A DNA stretch of 64,000 nucleotides from contig CAVWQJ010000005.1 of the NCBI GenBank assembly GCA_963756945.1, positions 218,123 through 282,122 of the forward strand. Direction: 5' to 3'. This document shows positions 40,858 to 51,485 of this stretch, piece after piece. Positions within the stretch are counted from its first letter, which is position 1, and each line of letters opens with the position of its first letter. Origin of the DNA: an uncultured Chitinophagaceae bacterium. Lineage in GTDB: Bacteria > Bacteroidota > Bacteroidia > Chitinophagales > Chitinophagaceae. A program made the translations under genes and the position numbers. A model generated the notes under the pieces. It worked only from the letters and a program-made list of their open reading frames with translations. It was not told where the DNA came from and searched no databases.

Positions 40858-41919
40858 TCAATCAATGGAGGCAGCCTCAAGATTTTTATTAGCAAGCTGT
40901 CCACAGGCAGCATCAATATCTTTACCGCGGCTTACCCTTAGCCTCACGTTTACGCGGTGTGCAGCAAGATAGTCCATAAATTTCTGCGTGGCATCTTTGT
41001 CGGGCTTAACAAACGATGCCTTATCGATAGGATTGTACTCAATAATATTTACCAGGTGAACAGGAACTTTTTTGTAGATCTTTATAAGATCATCTGCGTC
41101 CTGGATTGAATCATTTTCTCCTTTGAATAAGATGTATTCGAAAGTGATATCGTTTTTGGTTTTTTCGTAAAAATAATTAAGTGCCTCAATCAATGCTTTA
41201 ATGTTATTGGTTTCATTAATGGGCATTATCTCGTTTCTCTTTTTATCGTTTGCGGCATGAAGCGATAAGGCCAGATTAAATTTTACACCATCATCGCCCA
41301 ATTGCCTTATCATTTTGGCTACGCCCGCGGTTGAAACAGTTATTCGTCTTGAACCCATGCCCAGTCCATCATGCGCTGTAATGCGCTCTATGGCTTTCAA
41401 TACATTTTTATAATTAAGCAATGGCTCGCCCATTCCCATAAAAACAATATTGCTTAATTTTTTACCATAAGTTTTTTCAGCCATCTGATTTAGTAGAACA
41501 ACTTCATCATATATTTCATCAAAATGAAGATTGCGTTTCCGGTCCATATAACCTGTGGCACAAAATTTACAACTCAGGCTACAGCCTACCTGTGATGATA
41601 CGCAAGCAGTTTGCCGGTCTTCCACCGGTATAAGAACGCCTTCCACCAAATGTCCGTCAAAAGTTTTAAACCTTGTTTTTACAGTTCCATCGCTGCTGTA
41701 TTGTGAGGCATCTGTTTTAATTACAGGCAAAGAAAAATTGGCCGATAGATGTTGCCTTAGCTCTTTACTTAGGTTGGTCATGTCTTCAAAACTAGTTGCA
41801 TGTTTTTGCCAAAGCCATTCCCACACTTGTTTTGCCCTGAATTTCTTTTCATTGATAGTTGCAAAATATGCTGTGAGTTCATCCAAAGAAAGTGTCCTGA
41901 TATTTTTATTAGAATCCAT
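40858..41919 (-). CDS. rlmN: 23S rRNA m2A2503 methyltransferase (start moved to MDSNK)
   Basis: CVSSQVGCSLSCKFCATG, MGMGEPL, DIDAACGQL. Confidence 0.95.
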   Translation of the reverse strand: MDSNKNIRTLSLDELTAYFATINEKKFRAKQVWEWLWQKHATSFEDMTNLSKELRQHLSANFSLPVIKTDASQYSSDGTVKTRFKTFDGHLVEGVLIPVEDRQTACVSSQVGCSLSCKFCATGYMDRKRNLHFDEIYDEVVLLNQMAEKTYGKKLSNIVFMGMGEPLLNYKNVLKAIERITAHDGLGMGSRRITVSTAGVAKMIRQLGDDGVKFNLALSLHAANDKKRNEIMPINETNNIKALIEALNYFYEKTKNDITFEYILFKGENDSIQDADDLIKIYKKVPVHLVNIIEYNPIDKASFVKPDKDATQKFMDYLAAHRVNVRLRVSRGKDIDAACGQLANKNLEAASID

Positions 41920-42027
41920 TTTGCAAAGATAGCTATTGTGGGGATGGATAAAGGAGTCTGCAGATAATTTGGCCAATTGTAAATTGGCTAAGTTTTGAGC
42001 TAACCGTTATCTTGCAGAATTATTAAA

Positions 42028-43287
42028 ATGTTGGATATGGAAACTGTGTATGTTATTGATGCGCTAAGAACAGCCATAGGCAGGTATGGCGGCGCTTTAA
42101 GCACTATTCGCCCTGACGATTTGCTGGCTTATGTAATGGAAGCTTTGTTAAAAAGAAATGGCAAAATAGATGTAAACGATATTGAAGATGTTATTGCGGG
42201 AGATGCTAACCAGGCAGGAGAAGATAATCGCAATGTAGCCCGCATGTCGGCGCTGCTTGCTGGTCTACCAGTTTCAGTTCCGGGCAATACGGTAAACCGC
42301 TTGTGCGCAAGTGGGTTACAGGCTATAATGGATGCTGCCCGTGCCATTATGTGCGGAGATGGTAACCTTTTCCTCGCCGGTGGTGTAGAAAGCATGACGA
42401 GAGCTCCTTTTGTAATGAGTAAGGCAGATGGTGCTTTCAGCAGGCGCTCAGAAATATATGATACGACAATTGGATGGCGATTTCCTAACAAAAAACTTAC
42501 TGATAAATATTATCCCTATTCAATGGGCGAAACAGCAGAAAATGTGGCAAAGCAATGGAAGATTTCCAGGCATGCGCAGGATGAATTCGCCCTGGCAAGC
42601 CAGCTAAAATATTTTGAAGCGCTTGCTGCGGGTAAATGGAAAGATGAGATTGTTCCGGTTGAAATCACTCCCAATAAAACAGAGCAAATAATTTTTGATA
42701 AGGATGAACACCCAAGAAAAACTTCATTGGAAAAGCTTTCACAACTCAGGCCTGCATTTGTAAAAGAGGGTACAGTAACTGCAGGTAATTCATCAGGTAT
42801 CAATGATGGCGCCGCAATGTTGTTACTTGCCAATGAAAGCATGGTAAAGAAATACAATCTTAAACCAATGGCTAAAATAATAAGCATGGCTGTTGCAGGT
42901 GTTGATCCTGCCATAATGGGGATTGGTCCGGTACCTGCCACAAGAAAAGCATTACATCGTGCAGGGCTCACCGTTAGTGATATTGATTTGATAGAATTAA
43001 ATGAGGCTTTTGCTTCGCAATCTATTGCCTGTATTCATGAACTTGGGCTTGATCTTGAAAAAGTAAATGTAAACGGCGGGGCTATATCTATTGGCCACCC
43101 CTTGGGATGCACCGGCGCACGCATTTCCACTACGTTATTATATGAAATGAAGAGGAGAGGAGCGCATTATGGACTTGCCACAATGTGTGTTGGTGTGGGG
43201 CAAGGCGCTGCAATGATTTTTTCGAAAATGTTTTGTAGAGACGCGATGCATCGCGTCTCTAATCAAAAAAAGATGCATCATCTCTAA
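42028..43287 (+). CDS. Acetyl-CoA C-acyltransferase (thiolase, PcaF/PaaJ-like); true stop may be TAG 43236-38
   Basis: [25 protein letters not shown]. Confidence 0.9.
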   Translation: MLDMETVYVIDALRTAIGRYGGALSTIRPDDLLAYVMEALLKRNGKIDVNDIEDVIAGDANQAGEDNRNVARMSALLAGLPVSVPGNTVNRLCASGLQAIMDAARAIMCGDGNLFLAGGVESMTRAPFVMSKADGAFSRRSEIYDTTIGWRFPNKKLTDKYYPYSMGETAENVAKQWKISRHAQDEFALASQLKYFEALAAGKWKDEIVPVEITPNKTEQIIFDKDEHPRKTSLEKLSQLRPAFVKEGTVTAGNSSGINDGAAMLLLANESMVKKYNLKPMAKIISMAVAGVDPAIMGIGPVPATRKALHRAGLTVSDIDLIELNEAFASQSIACIHELGLDLEKVNVNGGAISIGHPLGCTGARISTTLLYEMKRRGAHYGLATMCVGVGQGAAMIFSKMFCRDAMHRVSNQKKMHHL

Positions 43288-43314
43288 TCAAAAAAGATGC
43301 ATCGCGTCTCTAAT
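43235..43314. repeat. REP palindrome plus two tandem truncated copies
   Basis: GTAGAGACGCGATGCATCGCGTCTCTA then GATGCATCATCTCTAAT and GATGCATCGCGTCTCTAAT. Confidence 0.85.
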
Positions 43315-43858
43315 TAAAAAATTTATCATCCTTCCAATTTCGGGGATTAGTCTTGATGTAATTTGAAATACGAATTAATTCATCATGGTTGTCGAATAAT
43401 ATGATCATGAAACCTTGCCTGCCAGCCAAATTCAATATTTAATTTTTTTGATGCCGTGGTTACTGCTGATTTGAAACCACGCATAATAGAACCTAAATTT
43501 TTTGATTGCGGTCCGAATTTGTTAGTCGCCGTAGAGACGCGATGCATCGCGTCTCTACCATTACCGCGTTTATTAAATTTATTTTCTCCAATCATAATAA
43601 TTGCGTGAAAATGGTTAGGCATTGTTATAAATTCCCCTAATTCCAAATTCATATCAGGCCTTATTTCCAGTGTCTTTTCCCATTCAGTATTTACAATTAA
43701 TCCTAATTCATTTAAAACCATTTCATCATTTTCTATTTCTCCAAAATAATGTTTCGGTCTTTTGTACAGATGGTAATGAAATATAATCCCGGCGAACCAT
43801 AATCCCAATTTTGCAATCGTGCTGATGGTATGCGATATTTATTTTTGAATTTATCCAT
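43310..43858 (-). mobile_element. REP-associated tyrosine transposase (RAYT, Y1 HUH family); two frameshifts
   Basis: MDKFKNKYRIPSARLQNWDY..YFITICT; MPNHFH (HUH); WQARFHDHIIR; shifted tail NYIKTNP with the catalytic Tyr. Confidence 0.88.
43531..43558. repeat. 28-bp perfect REP palindrome inside the RAYT gene
   Basis: GTAGAGACGCGATGCATCGCGTCTCTAC, read as (G)RDAMHRVST. Confidence 0.9.
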
Positions 43859-43880
43859 TTGTATTGTTCGTTTGTTTATG

Positions 43881-43914
43881 TCTGTAGAGACGCGATGCAT
43901 CGCGTCTCTACAGA
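43881..43914. repeat. 34-bp perfect REP palindrome
   Basis: TCTGTAGAGACGCGATGCATCGCGTCTCTACAGA; contains the TAG stop of the permease gene. Confidence 0.9.
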
Positions 43915-45095
43915 ATGTTATTCAATTCCTTTGTTACCAATCGTGAATTAATGTATGCAGTTAATAGCAATAATAAAATGGCAATTAGCCAAACGCTCCA
44001 GTGTAGTAGATATGAAAGGTCTCCTTTACCCACGAATGAAAGCTGAAGAAATAATAAATGCAGCAATTGGGTAAAAATCAAAGCGCCGATAATAATAAAC
44101 AAGTATACAGGTAACCAGGTTTTAGCAACACTGTTGGCGAGCCAGCGTGGTGAATAACCTAACGTAAGCAATAAACGAAGATTATCCTTGCTCCTGGCAA
44201 TCATCAATTGCAGGTAAAATGAAAAAAGCATCAATGCCATTACAATTACGAGTATGCCGAATACTCCTAATGCGCTTACAATATTTTGGAGGATACTTTT
44301 TACACGGCCGAATTTTACTTTGTCTTTGTTAAGATGATAATCTTGTTGATCTAAAAATGAAAGGAGCTTCGGATCATTGGCATCTTTAGTTTTTATATAA
44401 ACCCTTGAAACCCGAGCCGTAGTATCTCCGGTGAAGTGAAGGTTGCCCCAGTTCATAAAAGATTTGGGAACCAGCAATGAGTTGATGCGATCACTTAATG
44501 CAACAATATTGCCCCTGAAATTTAGGGTTCCATTTGGCCCCGAACATTCCAATATAATATTGACAGATGAAAGTGTTTGCTCGGAGAGCTGTGGTAACCC
44601 TTGGGCCGGAGCAAATACATTATAGATTTCTAAAAAATCAGATGAAAAAATAATTGGCACAACAGGTTGTCCTGGTTGCCATGTAAACGAAGGAGGAAGT
44701 GTATCTATAAAATCGTTGTCGATACTTTCCAAAAAAAGATCGGTGCTGAAGGGAATAACGTCGCCTGCCGTGGCCCGTACACGAAATTGATTAGAAATTA
44801 ACGGAGAGATAGCATCTATAGCAGGATTAGTTTTAAGTTTCGTTAAATCAGCGTTAGTAAAACTATTGTCCTTTCCCATATTTTCATTGGTAATACTTTT
44901 AGAGATGGAAATAAAATCAAAACCATTTTTACGCGGACTGCTTTCTTTCAGTAATTGCTGAATGTTGATAAACATTTGCATGGAAACCAATAAAAGCAAC
45001 ACACCTATTCCCAATCCAAAATAGCCCAGCCATTTGGAAAATTTATTTTTACCGGAGATAATTAAAGGTTGAATATTTTTATATGATAAGTCCAT
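43908..45095 (-). CDS. FtsX-like ABC transporter permease (start probably MDLSYK)
   Basis: TM, large periplasmic domain, LLLTLGYSP, 3 C-terminal TMs; in an operon with an ATPase. Confidence 0.75.
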   Translation of the reverse strand: MDLSYKNIQPLIISGKNKFSKWLGYFGLGIGVLLLLVSMQMFINIQQLLKESSPRKNGFDFISISKSITNENMGKDNSFTNADLTKLKTNPAIDAISPLISNQFRVRATAGDVIPFSTDLFLESIDNDFIDTLPPSFTWQPGQPVVPIIFSSDFLEIYNVFAPAQGLPQLSEQTLSSVNIILECSGPNGTLNFRGNIVALSDRINSLLVPKSFMNWGNLHFTGDTTARVSRVYIKTKDANDPKLLSFLDQQDYHLNKDKVKFGRVKSILQNIVSALGVFGILVIVMALMLFSFYLQLMIARSKDNLRLLLTLGYSPRWLANSVAKTWLPVYLFIIIGALIFTQLLHLLFLQLSFVGKGDLSYLLHWSVWLIAILLLLLTAYINSRLVTKELNNIL

Positions 45096-45179
45096 TCTTA
45101 TGTACGATGTACTTAGTTTGATGTTCAATGTTTGAAACAATTGCGCATGATGTACTCAACCGCAGATTAAGCAAGTCAT

Positions 45180-45213
45180 GTCCCTCTCCACTTGGAGAAG
45201 GGTTGGAGTGAGG
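45180..45213 (+). repeat. Dispersed 34-nt REP-like repeat, copy 1
   Basis: GTCCCTCTCCACTTGGAGAAGGGTTGGAGTGAGG, similar to 60927 and 62810. Confidence 0.7.
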
Positions 45214-45216
45214 TTT

Positions 45217-45858
45217 TTATAACATCAACACCTTTTCTCCCTTCAAAAAATCAAGTTCCTTTAAGTCGGCAAATATCATGGCAGCATTGCGCTTCTCACA
45301 TTCTTCATAAATAAGTTCTGTTGCTTTCTTCCTGTTTACTTCATCAAGGTGACTGTATGGTTCATCTAACAATATAAAATCAAAAGGCTGCATTAAAGAA
45401 CGAATGATTGCGATGCGCTGCTGCTCGCCATAGCTGCATGATTTTACGAGTTGATTTAATTTTGATTCAATACCAAGTCTTCTTGCCATATCATCGATTT
45501 TTTCGGTTGGATAATAAGGATCCAAAATTCTTTTTATTTCAATATTTTCCTTCGCTGTCTGGTCTTCAAACAACCTTAAATCCTGGAAAATGATGCTTAT
45601 TTTATTTTGGCGAAAAGAAGAAAAGCTTTCCGTAGAAAGCTTTTTAATATTTGTTGCATCATAGGAAATGTTGCCGGTAAAATCTTTTCTTAAACCATAG
45701 ATAAAATGTATTAAAGAAGTTTTTCCTGTGCCTGAAGGTGCAACTATATGTAAGTGCTCGCCTTTCTTAATTATTATTTTTTTGCCCCATACCTGCGATC
45801 CGTCAACATTTTTTTTATCAATATAGTCAGGTACAATCTCCTGCAGGTTGATCTGCAT
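45217..45858 (-). CDS. ABC transporter ATP-binding protein
   Basis: APSGTGKT, SYGEQQR, LLDEP. Confidence 0.9.
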   Translation of the reverse strand: MQINLQEIVPDYIDKKNVDGSQVWGKKIIIKKGEHLHIVAPSGTGKTSLIHFIYGLRKDFTGNISYDATNIKKLSTESFSSFRQNKISIIFQDLRLFEDQTAKENIEIKRILDPYYPTEKIDDMARRLGIESKLNQLVKSCSYGEQQRIAIIRSLMQPFDFILLDEPYSHLDEVNRKKATELIYEECEKRNAAMIFADLKELDFLKGEKVLML

Positions 45859-45893
45859 AATTTCAGCTTCTTTTTTAAATAAGATTTAATAAG

Positions 45894-47600
45894 TTATTTA
45901 TGACCCACTGTATCAATTGGCGGAGGCATCATCAAAGAATCCATGTTGTTCATGTCAGACTTTTCTTTGTCTTTTTTCTCTTTTATCACTTTTGCAATTG
46001 TATCAAAGTAGTGATTCAATTGTTTCAAGCTGTTTGTATTTTGATCAATAAAGTTTATTTCAGTATGCCCCGTTAATGCACCATCCTTAAAGTCGCCGGT
46101 GGTTACATAAATATTATTCCATAAGTTGAGACTTGCATCCATAATTTGTTTATGATCCGGATCATCCATTTTTTCAGTGGATAGTGCCGAAAGTATTTTA
46201 TGAATATCTATATAGGCACCGACAGCATGGCCGCTTATTTTGTCTACAAAATCGTATTTGTTATTTGCATTTCCGGCGAGGTAATCGTTTAAAAAATGTT
46301 GGTGATTGGTTATCGCAAATACTTTATCGTTTTGGCCGTAAGCAATGGAGGTATCATTTTTTCCCATTTCGCCGCTAATAGTTTTACCAGCATTAACCAA
46401 TTTTTGGAAGCTTGATTTATCACCAATTGAAACGGAAAATAAAACATTAAAATCGGGCTTTGTAAATGCAGGCACTGTTGAATCGGCTGAAACTGCCTTG
46501 TTTGCATTAAGATCAGAGAACGAAAGCAAAAGATCTCCTTTATTGGCTTTTACAAAATCATCAAGATTAAATCCAATTTTATCGGAATATGAATTCAGCA
46601 TTCCATCCATGCCTATTAATTTAATGAGGTCTTTTATGGCTTCGGGTTTATAATTCATCGCCAAAACACCCAATATATCCTGTGATGGAATGGTTTTAAT
46701 CATATCAGTATTAATACTTCCGCCACTATATTTTTTCAGAAAATCACTAAATTCTTTTCCTGCGTAACCCTTATGGTCTATATCGATTTTTCCATTATCG
46801 AAGTTTACGGTGTAAGTGCTAACGTTATCTTTAAAAAACACATCAAGCTTTAGCATCCCGAGCATTCCGAGCGAAGAAGAACTCTTCATAATTTCTTCAC
46901 TGTTTATCCATGTACGTATATCGCCTTTTTCTTTAAGAAGGTTTGAGAATTTTTCATTTCCTGCCAGGCTGCTGTCCGACTTTAAGGAAAAGAGATTTTT
47001 ACAAACCGAAGTGAGCGTAACACTTTTATCTACTAACGGAGCTACATTACTTTGGTTGTATGCTCCATTATTCATAGGATTAAATTTTAATTTTGCTTCG
47101 CCTGCGTCAAAGGCATAAACAAAATGTTTATCATTCCATGCAACTACCGCCTGATCATGCAATGTGAGCAAGCTTAGATCTCCGTCTTTTTTTATCGTTG
47201 CTGAAGAATCTATCGTTTTATTGAATGCGGCAAAATCATCTCCGTTTTTAATACTTCCTTCTAAAACCAGTTCACCATCAGAACCCGAATTTTTTGCTAC
47301 AAAAAAAATGAGGTTACCATTTAGATCGATCCCTGTTTTATCGGGATTATCAAGAATTTGTTTCACCTGCGTTGCAGCCGCTCCATGTCTTTCCTCTAAA
47401 TGTGCATTAAGTTGCCCATACCAGTAAGATTGTTTTATATCATCCCATGTAAGTTTTTCTTTAAGAGATTTGGTGTCGAGCTGAACTACAAACATTGCAT
47501 TTTTGGGTATCATTTTACCCTCTTCATTTTTTTTGCTGCAGGAAGAAAATAAAAATGCAGCTCCAACAAATAATAACGTGAGCCTCAAAAAAGATTTCAT
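45894..47600 (-). CDS. DUF4836-like lipoprotein
   Basis: Lipobox FSS-C, IPKNA, TGID, NSLKQL; upstream of the ABC genes. Confidence 0.65.
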   Translation of the reverse strand: MKSFLRLTLLFVGAAFLFSSCSKKNEEGKMIPKNAMFVVQLDTKSLKEKLTWDDIKQSYWYGQLNAHLEERHGAAATQVKQILDNPDKTGIDLNGNLIFFVAKNSGSDGELVLEGSIKNGDDFAAFNKTIDSSATIKKDGDLSLLTLHDQAVVAWNDKHFVYAFDAGEAKLKFNPMNNGAYNQSNVAPLVDKSVTLTSVCKNLFSLKSDSSLAGNEKFSNLLKEKGDIRTWINSEEIMKSSSSLGMLGMLKLDVFFKDNVSTYTVNFDNGKIDIDHKGYAGKEFSDFLKKYSGGSINTDMIKTIPSQDILGVLAMNYKPEAIKDLIKLIGMDGMLNSYSDKIGFNLDDFVKANKGDLLLSFSDLNANKAVSADSTVPAFTKPDFNVLFSVSIGDKSSFQKLVNAGKTISGEMGKNDTSIAYGQNDKVFAITNHQHFLNDYLAGNANNKYDFVDKISGHAVGAYIDIHKILSALSTEKMDDPDHKQIMDASLNLWNNIYVTTGDFKDGALTGHTEINFIDQNTNSLKQLNHYFDTIAKVIKEKKDKEKSDMNNMDSLMMPPPIDTVGHK

Positions 47601-47712
47601 AATAATAGTTTTAAGATTTTTAATTCGGTATTTATTAGTTGACAGTAAGGATAATTTTAGAAAAACTAATTCATTTTTTTATTAATGGCAAATTTTAAAG
47701 AAAGTAACCTGT

Positions 47713-49124
47713 TTATAAGTGAAAATATGAAGAAAGGTCTTGTAGCCGGATGGTCTGCTCTTCTCTTTTTACAAGATCCTTTATAACGCATGTTTGTTCT
47801 TCCAGTTCCCGGGAGCCTATAATTATTGCAAATGGTATATTTTTTTTTGATGCGTATTTAAATTGCTTATCCATTTTTACGTTTTCATAAAACAGCTCGC
47901 AACTTATTCCATTATTTCTGAGGGATTGCATTTCCTTGAATGCAATTTCGGATTCCTTTTCGCCAAGATTGAAAAATAATACTTGTGTTGATTTATTTAT
48001 TTCTTCAGGAAATATATTTAACTCAGTCATTACATCGTAAATACGATCTACGCCAAAGCTAATACCGACGCCGGGAATATTTGGTAGGTCCAAATAAGCC
48101 GGTAAGGTCATCATATCTTCCACCTCCGCCAATGCTTCCTATTGCAAGATATGCTGGCATTTTTACTTCGATAAATAACTCCAGTATAATAATTCAGACC
48201 TCTCGCAAGAGAACATTAATTTGATATAAAATCATCTGGTGGACATGACTGGTCTATGTGTATCGAGAATCTTAGTTCTTCGATTCCCTTTATGCCATTT
48301 TCATTATGACCTAATAACTTCTCCAGCTTTGCAATAATATATCTTCATTGTATCTTCCATCTATTGAAAGATAATTTTCAATAAGACCAATTTGATAATT
48401 ACTGATAAATTTCTTTTGCCTAATTCTTCTTTCACTTTGAGAATTCCAATTTTATCAAGTTTATCAATCGTAGTGGTGATTGCGGTATGTTTATCTGGTC
48501 GCTCCGCATATTTCGGCGAGTGCGGTTAAAATTTTACGATTATTGATGTTTATAACATGCCATTATGTTCCGAGGTATAATTAAATTTGGAGATATTCAA
48601 TTTTTTAAAGACCAGTAATATAAATGCTAATTAAGTTCTGCGTCACTTATTAAAGAGTTGCTTCCCACTACATCTGCGTCGCACTGATAAAACTCCCGGT
48701 ATCTTCCTTTCTGTGGCCGGTCGGCCCGCCACACAGGCTGCATCTGGTAGCGTTTAAACGGCATCGTTAGTTTACCAAAGTTCATTGAAACATAACGGGC
48801 AAAAGGAATTGTAAGATCATAGCGTAGCGCTCTTTCCGTAATACTCTTTTCATTTTTTCCTTCAAGAATTTTTTCAAAGCCTTTTTGAGCTTCTTCTTTT
48901 TTTGCCGGATTGTCGAGCCCGTTATTTAGTATTTTAAAAATAAGCTTATCGCCTTCGTCACCATATTTACCCATCAATGTTTCCAGGTTTTCCATCGCTG
49001 GAGTTTCTAACGGCTCAAAGCCATACAACTCAAAAACATCTTTAATTGTATTGAGGATAAATTGTCTTTTGCGAATCGTTTCAGCATTAAAGTCGCGTGT
49101 ACCCTGTGGTAATAATGGTTTCAT
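47713..49124 (-). CDS. hisS: Histidine-tRNA ligase, broken by many indels at ~48090-48630
   Basis: [30 protein letters not shown]; fragments [30 protein letters not shown] in shifting frames; GISFGVDRI and anticodon domain. Confidence 0.9.
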
Positions 49125-49358
49125 TTTTTTCCTTCGCCCGGGATTTAATTTTTAAGCCGCAAAAATATGGTATTCAATTTTACCTGTCGACATATCATAT
49201 CTAACAGTATGTCGGATCATTTGGTAAAAAATAAAATAATTATGCGATGGGTTTATGAAAACAAATCAATCGTGCATCTTACCTGAAACGGTACCGCACT
49301 TCGATTTAATTAATTTTTTAAACCTCGAATGCAATGCATTTCTGCAAAAAATATTATC

Positions 49359-50174
49359 ATGAACCAACATGCCATTTTAAGCAGTAACTTATTGGATATT
49401 CTTTTTGATAATCGAAATAAAGAATACGGAGCATACACGCTGAGAAAATCATACAATAAACGGTTACAGGTTGCTTTACTTTCAATGTTGACGTTGTCTT
49501 TATTACTTTGTTTGTTGTTTTTAAAAGGATCGGCACCTGTTTCGAATGCGCGTACTACTGTCATTACAATTCCGGATGCAATCCCTTTTAGTTACCATCC
49601 AACGTCTAAACCTAAATCTAAGGTTGCGATAACAATTGCCCATTCAAAAAAAGCAAATCAAATTGACCTGCCTCCTCGGATTGTAGATTCAATTAATATT
49701 AACAATTTCTCTGCAACACCAATCGAAACAACGCCGTCTTCAATTTCAGCAGACAGTTCAGGAATAAGTTATGAACCTGGCGGGGAAGGAAATAGTAACA
49801 GTTCCATTACAGGTCCTCCAGGTATAGATTCAAGATTAACAGAATCAAAAATTACCAAACGGGGCCCTGTTGATGTTGCTGAAATTATGCCCCAATATCC
49901 CGGCGGAATCAAGGCCCTGCTTGATTTTCTTAAGAAAAATCTTCATTCGCCCGAAGATATCGAAGGTGGAGAAGTATCGGTTAAAATAAAATTTGTTGTA
50001 AACTACGATGGAAAGCTTGAAAGTTTTGATGTGATAAAATCGGGTGGTATTGCTTTTGATAATGAAGTAATGAGAGTGTTGAAGAAAATGCCTTTGTGGA
50101 TTCCGGGAAAAAGTAATGGAGAAAACGTATCAGTTTATTACGTGGTTCCTGTAAAGTTTACCAGTGAATTTTAA
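49359..50174 (+). CDS. Energy transducer TonB-family protein
   Basis: LDILFDNRNKEYGAYTLR, TM, MPQYPGG, TonB C-terminal domain WIPG..NG. Confidence 0.85.
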   Translation: MNQHAILSSNLLDILFDNRNKEYGAYTLRKSYNKRLQVALLSMLTLSLLLCLLFLKGSAPVSNARTTVITIPDAIPFSYHPTSKPKSKVAITIAHSKKANQIDLPPRIVDSININNFSATPIETTPSSISADSSGISYEPGGEGNSNSSITGPPGIDSRLTESKITKRGPVDVAEIMPQYPGGIKALLDFLKKNLHSPEDIEGGEVSVKIKFVVNYDGKLESFDVIKSGGIAFDNEVMRVLKKMPLWIPGKSNGENVSVYYVVPVKFTSEF

Positions 50175-50267
50175 AAATATTTGGATAAATATTTGTTATG
50201 TCAAGTTTTTTAAATGCATTTTCTTCATTTTATTTTATCTTGCCGCCGGCCAATATAAATTTTTAAT

Positions 50268-50522
50268 ATGAGTCTTGAAGAATTTGAAAATACTGAGGAT
50301 AAAAGAACGAAGCGTTACATTTTAATGAAAAGCATAATGGATTTTGGCATGGGATTTTTATATGTTGGAGTTGGGGTTTTCATAATTTTTTCCAAACAAC
50401 TTCATTTTAGTAATAATTTTACGGAGAGTACCACAGCTAAAATTTTTGCTGGATTAATTATTATTTACGGTGTGTGGAGGTTTTACCGGGGAATTAAAAA
50501 AGATTATTTTAGAGAAAGATGA
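50268..50522 (+). CDS. Small two-TM hypothetical protein
   Basis: MDFGMG, IYGVWRFYRG. Confidence 0.65.
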   Translation: MSLEEFENTEDKRTKRYILMKSIMDFGMGFLYVGVGVFIIFSKQLHFSNNFTESTTAKIFAGLIIIYGVWRFYRGIKKDYFRER

Positions 50523-51454
50523 TAAGCAAATTAATAAATGGCAAAATGAACTGGACTCTGGTAATTGCTGCTTTTGCTGTGATTCTTCTTTCAGGGTGTT
50601 CGGGGCGTAACGTGCGGACGGATCTTGATACCACCAATAGCGGAACCATTCATATAAGTGTCGATGAGTCTTTTAAACCGGTTATCGATTCACAGATACA
50701 GGTTTTTGAGGCATTATATCCTAAGGCAAAAATTATTGCTGACTATAAGCCCGAGGCGGAATGTTTTAAGGATTTAATAAAGGATAGCACGCGAATGATC
50801 ATAGTAACGAGAGGACTAACAGACGAAGAAGAAAAATTTTATAAGGACAGCTTATCGTTCTATCCGCAATATGATAAAATTGCGCTAGACGCAGTAGCAG
50901 TTGTTGTTAATAATAGCGATCCTGATTCTCTTTTTTCGATGGAGCAGATTCGTGGCATATTAGGCGGTACAACGGGTGATAAGCAATTGGCAGTTTTTGA
51001 TGGGCTAAAGGAAACGAGTACGGTGCGATATGCAATTGATTCTATTTTAAAAGGAAAACCTTTTGATGCTAAAAAGGTATTTGCTGAGAAGAATAGTATG
51101 GGAGTTATAAATTATGTTGCTGATCACAAAAATGTGCTTGGGTTTATAGGTGTAAGCTGGATAGGAAATAAAGAAGATACATCGCAAATGAGCTTTCTAA
51201 AAAAAGTAAGAATTGCCGCAATAGGTTGCACCTGTCCGGAACAAACTTATGTGAAACCCTACCAGGCTAATATTGCAAAGAGGCGTTACCCAATGGTACG
51301 AGGCTTGTATTATATTTTAAAAGAAAATTACAATGGCCTTGGCGGAGGATTTGCAAATTTTCTTACTTATGAAAAAGGTCAACTAATTTTCATGAGGTCA
51401 TATTTATGGCCCGCAAAAATGAATTTCACCATACGTTCTGCAACTTTAAATTGA
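50519..51454 (+). CDS. PstS-like substrate-binding lipoprotein
   Basis: Lipobox LSG-C, SVDESFKP, YPMVRGLYYI, GFANFL..EKGQLI. Confidence 0.8.
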   Translation: MISKLINGKMNWTLVIAAFAVILLSGCSGRNVRTDLDTTNSGTIHISVDESFKPVIDSQIQVFEALYPKAKIIADYKPEAECFKDLIKDSTRMIIVTRGLTDEEEKFYKDSLSFYPQYDKIALDAVAVVVNNSDPDSLFSMEQIRGILGGTTGDKQLAVFDGLKETSTVRYAIDSILKGKPFDAKKVFAEKNSMGVINYVADHKNVLGFIGVSWIGNKEDTSQMSFLKKVRIAAIGCTCPEQTYVKPYQANIAKRRYPMVRGLYYILKENYNGLGGGFANFLTYEKGQLIFMRSYLWPAKMNFTIRSATLN

Positions 51455-51485
51455 AAATATAAGTAATTAATCTAAATCTAGTAAA

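Noticed and set aside
43215-43287. Functional C-terminal extension of the thiolase
   Set aside because: The tail [17 protein letters not shown] is REP sequence read through, probably after a homopolymer indel.
48090-48630. Intron, intein or DGR variable region in hisS
   Set aside because: The segment is collinear with HisRS motifs; no reverse transcriptase, template repeat or intein motifs are visible.
49187-49216. CGACATA-N13-TATGTCG dyad between hisS and tonB
   Set aside because: Single instance with no candidate regulator; cannot be distinguished from chance.
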